Assembly (NCBI GenBank): GCA_044225365.1
Contig: JBGAIQ010000019.1
Coordinates: 32,001 to 96,000, forward strand
DNA: 64,000 nt
Source of the DNA: Planctomycetota bacterium
GTDB lineage: Bacteria; Planctomycetota; B15-G4; JADJEK01
Reading direction: 5' to 3'
Made by a program: the position numbers and the translations under genes. The notes below the pieces were generated by a model. It was not told where the DNA came from, ran no database searches, and worked only from the letters and a program-made list of their open reading frames with translations. Of this stretch, positions 48,428 to 57,998 are shown one piece after another; position 1 is the stretch's first letter, and every line of letters begins with the position of its first letter.

Positions 48428-49840
48428 ATGGGTGAGCTTGAACTCGAAGGTCCGGTTCACCTCGTGGGCTGCGGCGGCTCGGGCATGAATGCGCTCGCTC
48501 GCGTGCTGCTCGATCGGGGGATGGCCCTGACCGGCTCGGATCGGAAGGAGAGCGAATCCATCGCGTCGCTCCGCGCGCGGGGCGCATCGATCGTCGTCGG
48601 CGATCATCGCAAGGAAACGCTTCCGACCTCCGCGAAGTCGGTGATCGCGAGTGCTGCGATCCAAGAGACCAATCCGGAGATCGTCGCCGCGAGGGCCATG
48701 GGAATCCCGGTCCGGCGTTATGCCGAAGCTCTCGGATTGGCGATGGCGGACCGGCGCGGCATCGCGATCGCCGGCACGCACGGCAAGAGTACGACGACGG
48801 CGATGGTGGCGAGCACCCTCGTCCTCGCGGGTCGCGATCCCAGCTTCGTCGTCGGCGCCGATGTCCCGATGCTGAGGACTTCCGGGCGAGGCGGGAGCGG
48901 CGCCGAGTTCGTCGCCGAGGCTTGCGAATATCACCGTTCGTTCCTGTCGCTCCGCTACGAGATCGCCGCGATCATCAACGTCGAGGCCGAACATCTCGAC
49001 TACTTCAAGGACTTCGACGACGTGAAGCGGGCGTTCGCGGGCTTCGCGGCGCGAATCCCATCGGGCGGAACGCTCGTGCTCGGCGTCGGGGCGTTACGAG
49101 TGCTGCGCGATCACCTCGAATCGTCGGCGTCCACCGCCGTGAAGCGCATCGTCACCGGGGTGGAAGGCGACGCCGCCGCGGATCTCGTGGCGTCGAACCT
49201 CCGCTTCGATGAGGGCTGCGCGCGTTTCCAACTGCGGGGGCCGTACGGATCGTCGGCCACGACCGAGGTGTCACTCGCGGTTCCCGGCAGGCATTTCGTC
49301 GACGACGCGCTCGTCGCGGCGGGCGTGTTGTTCGCGGTCGGGCTGACGTCCGACGAAATCGCTCGCGGCTTGTCCGCGTATCGCGGAGCTCGGCGGCGAC
49401 TCGAAGAAGTCGTCGACGGCCGGATCCGAGTGCTTTCCGACTACGCGCATCATCCGACCGAACTCCGTGCGGTGTACTCGGCGTTGCGGGGGAGCCATCC
49501 GGGGCGGCGACTCGTTGGAGTCTTCCAGCCGCATCAAGCCTCGCGCCTCAAGGCGTTCCTTCCCGAGTTCGCTGCGGCGCTCATGCCCTTCGATCGGGTG
49601 CTCGTGTCGGACGTCTACCGCGTTCGCGACAGCGAAGCCGACTTCAAGGCGATCACCGCGAACGATCTCGCGCACGCGATCGCGGCTGGGAGCGGGAACG
49701 CGCTCGCCAGCGGGGACCTGATCTCTACCATGGAGCGACTGCGCTCCGAATGGCGCGACGGCGACGTCGTCGTGCTCCTCGGTGCGGGAGACATCGATGA
49801 CCTCCGCGATGAAGTTGCAGCTGCCCTGTCCCAGCCGTAG
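48428..49840 (+). CDS. murC: UDP-N-acetylmuramate--L-alanine ligase
   Basis: G.GGSGM, AGTHGKSTT, EACE, DYAHHPTE, FQPH. Confidence 0.95.
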   Translation: MGELELEGPVHLVGCGGSGMNALARVLLDRGMALTGSDRKESESIASLRARGASIVVGDHRKETLPTSAKSVIASAAIQETNPEIVAARAMGIPVRRYAEALGLAMADRRGIAIAGTHGKSTTTAMVASTLVLAGRDPSFVVGADVPMLRTSGRGGSGAEFVAEACEYHRSFLSLRYEIAAIINVEAEHLDYFKDFDDVKRAFAGFAARIPSGGTLVLGVGALRVLRDHLESSASTAVKRIVTGVEGDAAADLVASNLRFDEGCARFQLRGPYGSSATTEVSLAVPGRHFVDDALVAAGVLFAVGLTSDEIARGLSAYRGARRRLEEVVDGRIRVLSDYAHHPTELRAVYSALRGSHPGRRLVGVFQPHQASRLKAFLPEFAAALMPFDRVLVSDVYRVRDSEADFKAITANDLAHAIAAGSGNALASGDLISTMERLRSEWRDGDVVVLLGAGDIDDLRDEVAAALSQP

Positions 49841-50714
49841 CGACGTCCCGCTCGGGCCCTTCACGACGATGGGCGTGGGCGGACGAACGCCGTTGCTCGT
49901 CGAACCGCGGAATGCGGACGAAATGATCGGTGCGCTCTCCGTCCTGCGCAAGGAAGGTCTCGCGTTCCGCATGCTCGGCGGCGGCGCGAATCTCCTCATC
50001 GACGATCAGGGCGTGAACGAGCCTGTGATCCTCACCGTGAATTCTCGCTACTGCATGCGGGAGGGCGAGGACGGGCGGACATTGCGCGTCGCGTGCGGAT
50101 TGCCGATCCCGACGTTCGTGCAGCAGACGCGCGAGATGGGCCTCACCGGCGCCGAGTGCCTCGTCGGCATCCCCGGCACGATGGGCGGGGCGACCGCGAT
50201 GAACGCGGGCGGGCGCCATGGCTGGCTCTCCTCGATCGTGACGCGCGTGCGCATCCTCACGAACGACGGCGAGGACGTGACCCTCGCGAAGAACGACGCG
50301 ATGTTCGCGTATCGCAATTCGATCTTCAGCGACGGCCGCGCCGCGGTGATCGAGACGGTCGTCGAACTCGCTCCAGGAAATCGCGCGGCGATCCAGGAGC
50401 AGATCAAGACGATCCTCAAGGAGAAGAGCACGGCGCAGCCGCTCACCGAGAAGAGCGCGGGGTGCATCTTCAAGAATCCGCCCGGCGGATCCGCCGGCAA
50501 GGCGATCGAAGCCGCGGGCCTCAAGGGCCACTCGATCGGCGGCGCGAAGATCTCGACGAAGCACGGCAATTTCATCGTGAACACGGGCGGGGCGACCCTT
50601 GCCGACATCGCCGCTCTCGTGCGCGAGATCCGGCGCGTGGTGAAGGAGCACTCGGGCATCGTGCTCGAGCGCGAGGTGAAGGCGTGGACGTCGGCGCCCG
50701 ATCTCCTCGATTGA
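49809..50714 (+). CDS. murB: UDP-N-acetylenolpyruvoylglucosamine reductase
   Basis: GGGANLL, GIPGTMGGA..MNAG, SAGCIFKNP, HGNFIVN, LEREV. Confidence 0.95.
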   Translation: MKLQLPCPSRSDVPLGPFTTMGVGGRTPLLVEPRNADEMIGALSVLRKEGLAFRMLGGGANLLIDDQGVNEPVILTVNSRYCMREGEDGRTLRVACGLPIPTFVQQTREMGLTGAECLVGIPGTMGGATAMNAGGRHGWLSSIVTRVRILTNDGEDVTLAKNDAMFAYRNSIFSDGRAAVIETVVELAPGNRAAIQEQIKTILKEKSTAQPLTEKSAGCIFKNPPGGSAGKAIEAAGLKGHSIGGAKISTKHGNFIVNTGGATLADIAALVREIRRVVKEHSGIVLEREVKAWTSAPDLLD

Positions 50715-50736
50715 ACGACTCTCCAAGGAGACAACG

Positions 50737-51960
50737 GTGACGATCTCAGCCAGCGTTCTCGCGACCGTCCTGCTCGTCGTGTGCGGCCCGCTCGATCCTC
50801 AGCAGTCGAAGGAAGGCGCAGGGCAGAAGCCCGCGACCCCGACGACGTCGCCGCCCCAGATCGATGCCAACGCATGGACGACGACCGGGATCGCGAAGCT
50901 CCTCGCCATGCAGGAAGGATCGAACGCGGCCGAGTGGCCGTATGAGGGCGTCTACCGCGAGTCGAACGAGATCCCGATGGGATACCGCGTCGGTGGCACC
51001 GCGATCTGTGCGCAGGCGTTGCTCGAACTCCCTGGGTTCGAGAAGGACGAGGCTCGGAAGGCGGCGGTGAAGAAGGCTGCGCTGTTCGTCGCCAAGATGG
51101 TGATGGACGATGGGGCGATGGGCAAGACCATCTCACGCAATTACGACGTTCGCGGCTGGGGGCACGCCTACGCACTCGCCTTCTTCATGGCGCTGGAGCG
51201 GAGCAAGCAGGTCGACGGCGAGTTGAAGGACGTCTTCGAGAAGGCGATCGCCAGTTCGCTCGACGTCATCGCCGCGACCGAGATCCCGTCGTTCGGGGGC
51301 TGGAACTACTCCCGTCCGCGCGGGTTCAAGGCGCCTGCGAGTCCGTCCTCGTTCATGACCGCGGCGACCCTGCTCGCGCTCTACGACGTGGCCGCGAGCG
51401 GGCGCAAGGTCGACGCCGCGATGATCACGCGCGCGCTCGATTTCCTCGAGAGCGGGAGGACCGAGAAAGGTACCTACGTCTACGCGGGCGCCGCGACGAG
51501 CAAAGGCGCGTGGGGCGGTGAGCCGGAGGGTAATTGCGCGCGCGCGGCCGTCGTCGAGATCGCGCTCGACCTCGCCGGACGCTCGAGCCCCGATCGCGTG
51601 CGCACCGCGATCGATCAGTTCGTCGAGCATTGGGAATGGCTCGAGAAGCGGCGTGCTCAGCCCGGCACCCACGAGCCACCGTTCAACATCGCGCCGTACT
51701 ACTTCTACTTCGGACACGAGTACGCGGCGATGGCCGTCGAGCTCCTGCCCGACTCGGAGCGACCGGGTTACCGAGCGGCGATCGCAAAGCTGCTCGCACG
51801 CACGCGCGCGGAGGACGGCACGTGGGACGATCGCGTCTTTCCGCGCTCCAAGAATTTCGGCACCGCGGCCGCGCTGCGCACGCTGCTCGCTTCGCAGCTC
51901 AGAATGCCCGCGACCTACGCTGCGGCGAAGAAGGACGAGAAGCCGACGAAGCAGGGCTGA
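50737..51960 (+). CDS. Secreted alpha/alpha-toroid (prenyltransferase/squalene-cyclase-like repeat) protein
   Basis: Signal peptide; GGWNY, G.Y.Y, YYFYFGH.YAA and DGTW motifs. Confidence 0.65.
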   Translation: MTISASVLATVLLVVCGPLDPQQSKEGAGQKPATPTTSPPQIDANAWTTTGIAKLLAMQEGSNAAEWPYEGVYRESNEIPMGYRVGGTAICAQALLELPGFEKDEARKAAVKKAALFVAKMVMDDGAMGKTISRNYDVRGWGHAYALAFFMALERSKQVDGELKDVFEKAIASSLDVIAATEIPSFGGWNYSRPRGFKAPASPSSFMTAATLLALYDVAASGRKVDAAMITRALDFLESGRTEKGTYVYAGAATSKGAWGGEPEGNCARAAVVEIALDLAGRSSPDRVRTAIDQFVEHWEWLEKRRAQPGTHEPPFNIAPYYFYFGHEYAAMAVELLPDSERPGYRAAIAKLLARTRAEDGTWDDRVFPRSKNFGTAAALRTLLASQLRMPATYAAAKKDEKPTKQG

Positions 51961-51969
51961 GCGCCCGCG

Positions 51970-53727
51970 TCAGGCGATCTTGACGTCACGAACCTCGAGT
52001 TCGACCTCGGCCTGGCCGCGGAACAGATTGAGTCGGGGCGTATAGGCGAGAGCGATCTTCTTGCCTTCGAGCGCGGCGGCGCGATCGGCGAAGCCGAATG
52101 CGATCGCGCGGCGACGAATTCCGTTGTCCATCACCGAGAAGCTCAGGTGATTCTGGCTGCGGCCGACGCGCTTCAACGGGCCGCTCGTCTCGACGCTCGG
52201 TGTCGAGAACACCGGGATCGCGAGCCCTTCGCCGAAGGGCGCCAACTGATTGATGTCGTGCATGAAGCTCGGAGTGAGCACTCCGAGCGGGAGCTCGGCG
52301 TCGATGAGGATCTCGCGCTCGTCGGTGTTCGCAGGATTCTCCCGAGCATAGGCGCACATCGCATCGCGCAACGCGGCGACGTTGCCGGCCTCGACCTCGA
52401 GACCGGCGGCGAAGGCGTGGCCCCCGAAGCCGACGAGATGCGATGCGCAGGCCGACAAGGCACGATGGAGATCGAAGCGTCGTACCGAGCGACCGGAGCC
52501 ACGGCCGCGGTCCTTCGCGTTCTCACCGGAGAGTGCGATGAGGACGGCCGGCCGATCGAATTCGGTTGCGATCCGTGAGGCCACGATCCCGACGACGCCG
52601 GCGTGCCAGCGCGAATCGGCGAGCACGAGGATCGGATCGCCGCGCTCCGCGGCACGAGCGGCGTGCGCCCGCGCGGTGTCGAAGATGTCGGCTTCGAGTA
52701 CCTGGCGTTCGGCGTTGCGCGTATCGAGCTCGCGCGCGATCGCCTGGGCCTCGGCCTTGTCGTCGGCGAGCAAGAGGGCGAGCGCACGCTCGGCCTGACC
52801 GAGGCGTCCCGCGGCGTTGATGCGAGGGCCGAGTCGGAACGAGAGATCGTCCGACTGGACCTCGCGACCGACGCCGGAGATCGCGCGAAGCGCGGCGAGC
52901 CCGGCGTGTTCCGACGAACGCAGGGCGGTGATCCCTGCGCGCGCCAGGAGACGATTCTCGCCGACGAGCGGGACGCAATCGCAGATCGTCGCGAGCGCGA
53001 CGAAGGCGATCGAGGTCTTCGAGAGATCGTAGAACGCGTCCTGCGCCGAGCCGCGCGCGGGCACTCGGCTCGCGAGGCCGGAGATGAGTTGGAACGCGAC
53101 GCCACTTCCGCAGAGGTAGGGGAAGGGATACCCCGAACCCTGGAGCTTGGGATTGAGCAGGGCGGTCGCCGGAGGGAGTTCGCCCCCCGGCTCGTGATGA
53201 TCGCACACGATGACGTCGATCCCGAGCGCGCGCAGTTCACGGACCTTCGCGACCGCCGTCGTCCCGTTGTCGACGGTGATCACCACCTTGGCGCCGCGAC
53301 GCGCGATCTCCTCGACCCCGGCCTTCGAGAGCGAATACCCCTCGACGAGGCGATTCGGGATGTAGGCACTGACGTTCATCCCGATCTGGCGCAGGAAGCG
53401 GACGAGCAGCGCCGTTCCGCACACGCCGTCGACGTCCGAGTCGCCGTAGATCACGACGGGCTCGCGTCCGAAGAGTGCGACGAGGAGTCGCTCGACCGCG
53501 GCTTCCATCTGGACGAGGGCGAACGGATCGGTGAGCCCGTCGAGTCCGGGCTTCAGGAAGAAGTGGGCCTCCTCCGGCGAGCGCACGCCGCGATTGACGA
53601 GCAGGCGGGCGAGCAATGCGGAGACGCGGGACTTCTGCGAGATCTCGTCTTGCAGCGGTCCGCGCTCGGGATGGAATCGCCAGCGGTAGCGCGGGGCACT
53701 CGGTTGCGGTTCGAGGCGATCGCTCAT
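51970..53727 (-). CDS. recJ: Single-stranded-DNA-specific exonuclease RecJ
   Basis: YGDSDVDG, ITVDNG, DHH, PRINAAGRL, GSGRS, GGH..AAG, APFG. Confidence 0.95.
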   Translation of the reverse strand: MSDRLEPQPSAPRYRWRFHPERGPLQDEISQKSRVSALLARLLVNRGVRSPEEAHFFLKPGLDGLTDPFALVQMEAAVERLLVALFGREPVVIYGDSDVDGVCGTALLVRFLRQIGMNVSAYIPNRLVEGYSLSKAGVEEIARRGAKVVITVDNGTTAVAKVRELRALGIDVIVCDHHEPGGELPPATALLNPKLQGSGYPFPYLCGSGVAFQLISGLASRVPARGSAQDAFYDLSKTSIAFVALATICDCVPLVGENRLLARAGITALRSSEHAGLAALRAISGVGREVQSDDLSFRLGPRINAAGRLGQAERALALLLADDKAEAQAIARELDTRNAERQVLEADIFDTARAHAARAAERGDPILVLADSRWHAGVVGIVASRIATEFDRPAVLIALSGENAKDRGRGSGRSVRRFDLHRALSACASHLVGFGGHAFAAGLEVEAGNVAALRDAMCAYARENPANTDEREILIDAELPLGVLTPSFMHDINQLAPFGEGLAIPVFSTPSVETSGPLKRVGRSQNHLSFSVMDNGIRRRAIAFGFADRAAALEGKKIALAYTPRLNLFRGQAEVELEVRDVKIA

Positions 53728-53962
53728 GGTGGCGTCGTTCCCAAGGTGTACACGATGTTCGCTGCGAAACGGGAGTTCTCGATTCCGCGCGTGGCCCGTT
53801 CAACAACTTGGCCAGCAACTCGATCGGTTCGCGCCGCGACGTCCGTAGGATACATGGGTCCACGGCGGCGTCGAGCGAAGATCGCGGGTGTCCGTGAGCT
53901 CGGTGCACGCCGTTCGGACCGGGCACTCATTCCACTCGGATTCGGATCGTCGGGAGATCGCG

Positions 53963-55372
53963 ATGACGGAACCCGCCGCACCTCTACGCGGAATACCGCA
54001 GGTCGACGCGCTGATCGGCCGTGCGGTCGCCGAACCCGCCCTCCGCAAGATCCCTCGCTCGATCGTCCGCGATGTCGTCCGCGAGATCGTCGGGGAAGTG
54101 CGCGAGCGCTGGCGCGGTGGACGCGGGCCGGCGGGCGATTACTTCCTGCGCGAGGACTTCCTCGCGGACGTCGAAGAGCGCGTTGCGCGGAGACTGCGGC
54201 GACGTCACGAGCCCGTCGTGAATGCGACCGGCATCCTGCTGCATACCGGGCTCGGCCGCGCGCCACTCTCCGATGCGGCGATCGATGCCGCGGCGGCCGC
54301 TGGGCGCTATGCGATCGTCGAAGTCGATCCCGATCGCGGCGACCGCGACCTTCGTGAGGTCCGCTGCGCAGAACTCGTCGCGGAACTCACGGGCGCGGAG
54401 TCCGCGACGGTCGTCAACAACAACGCGGCCGCGACGATGCTGATCCTCGCGACGCTGGCTCCTCGGCGCGACGTCCTCGTATCGCGAGGCGAACTCGTCG
54501 AGATCGGTGGCGGCTTCCGCATGCCCGACGTGATGGCGGCCGCGGGATGCCGACTCGTCGAAGTGGGAACGACGAATCGAACGTACGTGAAGGACTACGC
54601 ATCGGCGATCGGGGAGACGACGGGGCTCCTGCTGAAGGTGCACACCTCGAACTTCCGTGTCCTCGGTTTCACCCATTCACCCGCGATCGGTGAACTCGCG
54701 GATCTCGCGGCGACGCGCGGTGTACCGCTCGTGTACGACCTCGGTTCCGGGCTCCTCCGCCACTTCGATGTCGAACCGCTCACGAACGAGCCCACGGTTT
54801 CCGACGCGATCGCCGCAGGCGCCGACGTGGTTTGCTTCTCCGGCGACAAACTGCTCTGCGGACCGCAGTCCGGGATCCTCGCGGGCAAGAAGCGATACAT
54901 CGATCGCATCCGGGAGAATCCGTTGTTCCGCGCGCTGCGGCCCGGCAAGCTCGACCTCGCGGCCCTCGAAGCAACGCTTCTCGCCTATCGCATCGACGAC
55001 GGCGGGAGCGATGAACTCCCCGATCTGCCGCTCTACCGTCAGCTCGCGTTGTCGTGCGACGAGTTGCGTCGACGCGCGGAGCGAATTCGCGGCGCGCTCG
55101 CTCACCTGCCAGTGCGACTCGAGATCCGCAAGACGATCGGATTCCTCGGGTCGGGCTCGGCGCCGGCGCGTGAGATCGAGAGCGTTGCGCTCTCGATCGT
55201 CGCCCCCGATCTCTCGGCCGCCCAGCTCGCCGATCGGCTGCGGCGCGGCACGCCACGCGTGTTCGCTCGCATCGCCGACTCCGAAGTGCTGGTCGAGATG
55301 CGCAGCGTGTTCGAGGATCAGGTGGAAGCTCTCATCGCCAGTCTGACGGGAGCCCTCGCTGCCCACGCTTGA
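53963..55372 (+). CDS. selA: L-seryl-tRNA(Sec) selenium transferase
   Basis: VNATG.LLHT.LGRAP, VNNNAAA, SRGELVEIGGGFR, EVGTTNRT, FSGDKLL (PLP Lys). Confidence 0.96.
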   Translation: MTEPAAPLRGIPQVDALIGRAVAEPALRKIPRSIVRDVVREIVGEVRERWRGGRGPAGDYFLREDFLADVEERVARRLRRRHEPVVNATGILLHTGLGRAPLSDAAIDAAAAAGRYAIVEVDPDRGDRDLREVRCAELVAELTGAESATVVNNNAAATMLILATLAPRRDVLVSRGELVEIGGGFRMPDVMAAAGCRLVEVGTTNRTYVKDYASAIGETTGLLLKVHTSNFRVLGFTHSPAIGELADLAATRGVPLVYDLGSGLLRHFDVEPLTNEPTVSDAIAAGADVVCFSGDKLLCGPQSGILAGKKRYIDRIRENPLFRALRPGKLDLAALEATLLAYRIDDGGSDELPDLPLYRQLALSCDELRRRAERIRGALAHLPVRLEIRKTIGFLGSGSAPAREIESVALSIVAPDLSAAQLADRLRRGTPRVFARIADSEVLVEMRSVFEDQVEALIASLTGALAAHA

Positions 55373-55433
55373 TTCGTCATCGACCGTCGTCCGTTTCCCG
55401 GAAGGACGCCCGAGGGGCGTCGAGGAGTTCCTC

Positions 55434-56483
55434 ATGAGCGAAGGCAAGAAGATCCGCCTCACCAGCTATTCGTCCTGCGCGGGCTGAGCCGCGAAGTTGC
55501 CGCCGGGGGACCTCGTGAAGGTCCTCGATCGCATCCCGAAGTCGCACAGCGATTCACTCATCGTGGGGCCCGACACGCTCGACGATGCGGGAGTCTTTCG
55601 TCTCACGAGCGAGATCGCGCTGGTGCAGACCCTCGACTTCTTTCCGCCGATCCACGACGACCCGGTTTGGTTCGGGCGGATCGCGGCCGCGAATTCGTTG
55701 TCCGACGTCTACGCGATGGGAGGCGTTCCGCTCACGGCGATGAACATCGTCGGCTTCCCGAAGGAACTGCCGATCGAGATCCTCGGCGACATCCTGCGCG
55801 GTGGCGCGGAGAAGGTGATCGAGGCCGGCGCGGTCATCGTGGGCGGGCACTCCGTTGCGGACGCGGAGATCAAATACGGTCTGTCGGTGACGGGCCGGGT
55901 GCATCCCGACCGCGTGGTGACGAATGCCGCAGCGCGACCGGGCGACGTCCTCGTGCTGACGAAGCCACTCGGAATGGGTGCGACGTCCACCGCGATGAAG
56001 TTCGAGAAGCTCAGTGAGGAACGCGGTCTGCTGGCGGCCGAGCAGATGGCGACGCTCAATGCCGGGGCGGCGCGCGCGATGAACCAGGTCGGCGCGCGCG
56101 CAGCGACGGACATCACGGGCTTCGGCCTCGCGGGCCACGCCCGCGGGATGGCGGAAGCCAGCGGAGTGACGCTCGAATTCGCGGCCGAGTCGGTCCCCCT
56201 GTTTCCGGGAGCGCTCGAGTTCGCGGAGCAGAAGCTGGTGTCCGGCGGTGCGAAGCGCACTCGCCTGTTCCTGGGTGAGCGCGCCGAAGTGAAAGCGACC
56301 TTGCCGCCCTCGCTCGTGAGCTTGATGTTCGATGCCGAGACGTCCGGCGGGCTCATGATCGCGGTTCCACCCGAACGACTCTCGGAACTCCTTCGAGCCC
56401 TCGCTGCCGAGCAGACCTTGTGCGCTGCCGTCATCGGCAGAGTCCTCGAGCGGCAGGGCGAGATCCGCGTCCGATTCGTCTGA
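55434..56483 (+). CDS. selD: Selenide, water dikinase SelD, selenoprotein (UGA = Sec18)
   Basis: GAGGAG RBS, then ATG 55434: MSEGKKIRLTSYSSCAG-TGA(55485-55487)-AAKL, in frame with ORF 55497-56483 (DDAGV, DFF.P, SDVYAMGG, GGHS, TDITGFGL.GH, ETSGGL). Confidence 0.93.
55506..55526 (+). promoter_or_regulatory. Candidate bacterial SECIS hairpin
   Basis: GGGGACCT-CGTGA-AGGTCCTC stem-loop starting about 18 nt downstream of the in-frame UGA. Confidence 0.5.
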
Positions 56484-56520
56484 ATCCGGAGCGGAGGGGC
56501 GAGTTGCACCGAATCCCGCG

Positions 56521-56550
56521 TTGCCGAAACGGCTCGCGGCGGAGTACACT
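56521..56550 (+). promoter_or_regulatory. Sigma70-like promoter candidate for the S1-domain gene
   Basis: TTGCCG-N18-TACACT upstream of ATG 56616. Confidence 0.4.
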
Positions 56551-56615
56551 GGCGCGCCCGGCGTGGCTCGACAATCGACGAGCTTTCACCGTGGGTCCCG
56601 TGGACTGTGAATACC

Positions 56616-57938
56616 ATGACCAACGAACAGAATCTCGACGACCAGGCGGCGCAGGCGATCCGCGCCCAGATCGATGCTCACCTCGACAAGATGGGGGATC
56701 CGTCGCTCGGACCCGATGCGGGAGGCGGCGAGAAGAAGAGCCGGCGCTCCAGTGGCAACCGCGGATCGTCCGGCTCCGGACAGGGCGGACACGGTGCGCA
56801 CGGGGGTCACGCGGCTCCGGCGCAGGACGTGCCCCACTTCGTGAACGGCACGATCACGTCGATCGACGCGGAGCGCAAGCGCGCGATGGTCGAGCTCGGA
56901 CCGAAGAGCCACGGTGAGATCACGCTCGAGGAATTCGACGAAGAGCCGAAGGTCGGCGAGACGTTCGAGTTCAGCCTGGTATCGATCCAGGAGGGGCTCT
57001 GGTCGCTGTCGCGCAAGGAAGCGCGTACGCTCGCCACGTGGAAGGAACTCGAGAAGGGTCGTATCGTCAAGGCGACCGTGATCGGTGAGAACTCCGGCGG
57101 CCTCGAATTGAAGGTCGGCCCGGTGTCGGCGTTCATGCCGGCGTCCGAGATCGACGTGAAACGCATCGACGAATTCACGACCCTCGTCGGACAGACGTTC
57201 GTGTGCGAGGTGATCGAAGTCGCTCCGAAGCGCAAGCGAGTCGTTCTCTCGCGGCGCGCGGTGCTCGCGCGCGAGAAGCGTGAGGCGCGCGAACGCGCGT
57301 TCGAGACCGTCGCGGTCGGCCAGGTCGTGAAGGGTAAGGTCGACAAGATCGAGTCGTTCGGCGCGTTCATCGACATCGGGAATGGCGTGAACGGTCTGCT
57401 GCACGTCTCGAACATCTCGCACCAGCGCGTCGAGGATCCTTCGAAGGTGCTGACCCTCGGCCAAGAGGTCGAAGTCCAGATCCTCGAGATCAAGCCGGGC
57501 AAGAAGATCGGTCTCGGCATGAAGCAGCTGAAGACGGACCCCTGGGAGGCCACGGCCGCCAAGCTGCGTACCGGTCAAGTGCTCCAGGGGAAGGTGAAGC
57601 GGCTCCAGGAATTCGGAGCCTTCGTCGAGATCGAACCCGGTGTCGAAGGACTCGTCCATCGTTCGCAGATCACGCCTGATCGTATGGTGAAACTGTCGGA
57701 CGTGGTGAAAGAAGGCGAGAACATCACCGTCCGCGTCGTGTCGGTCGATGCGAAGGCACGTCGCATCGCGCTCTCGCGGCTCACCGAGCGTGGCCACCTC
57801 ATCGGTTCCGACGAGGACGTCGCCCCTGAGGAACGCGATCGCTACATCCACAAGGGCTCGGGCCCGGTGGGTGGTACCAACCTTGGCGCGCTCCTCCGCG
57901 AGGCGATGGCGAAGAAGTCGACGCCGCCGTCGAACTGA
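56616..57938 (+). CDS. rpsA: Ribosomal protein S1-like multi-S1-domain RNA-binding protein (short form, about 4 S1 domains)
   Basis: Repeated S1 motifs (GKV..IESFGAFIDI..GLLHVS; GKV....FGAFVEI..GVEGLVH.S). May be a paralog of the main rpsA. Confidence 0.7.
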   Translation: MTNEQNLDDQAAQAIRAQIDAHLDKMGDPSLGPDAGGGEKKSRRSSGNRGSSGSGQGGHGAHGGHAAPAQDVPHFVNGTITSIDAERKRAMVELGPKSHGEITLEEFDEEPKVGETFEFSLVSIQEGLWSLSRKEARTLATWKELEKGRIVKATVIGENSGGLELKVGPVSAFMPASEIDVKRIDEFTTLVGQTFVCEVIEVAPKRKRVVLSRRAVLAREKREARERAFETVAVGQVVKGKVDKIESFGAFIDIGNGVNGLLHVSNISHQRVEDPSKVLTLGQEVEVQILEIKPGKKIGLGMKQLKTDPWEATAAKLRTGQVLQGKVKRLQEFGAFVEIEPGVEGLVHRSQITPDRMVKLSDVVKEGENITVRVVSVDAKARRIALSRLTERGHLIGSDEDVAPEERDRYIHKGSGPVGGTNLGALLREAMAKKSTPPSN

Positions 57939-57944
57939 CCGCGC

Positions 57945-57966
57945 GGACCGCCGGGCTCCGCCCGGC
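57945..57966. repeat. Single REP-like palindrome GGACC-GCCGGGCTCCGCCCGGC
   Basis: Same family as the copies at 1620-1722 and 19083-19298; between convergent genes. Confidence 0.75.
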
Positions 57967-57998
57967 ATCTCATTTCAATGCTGCCCGGCGGTCCACAC

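Noticed and set aside
53728-53962. tRNA-Sec (selC) near selA/selD
   Set aside because: No cloverleaf or TCA anticodon loop is recognisable here or between selA and selD.
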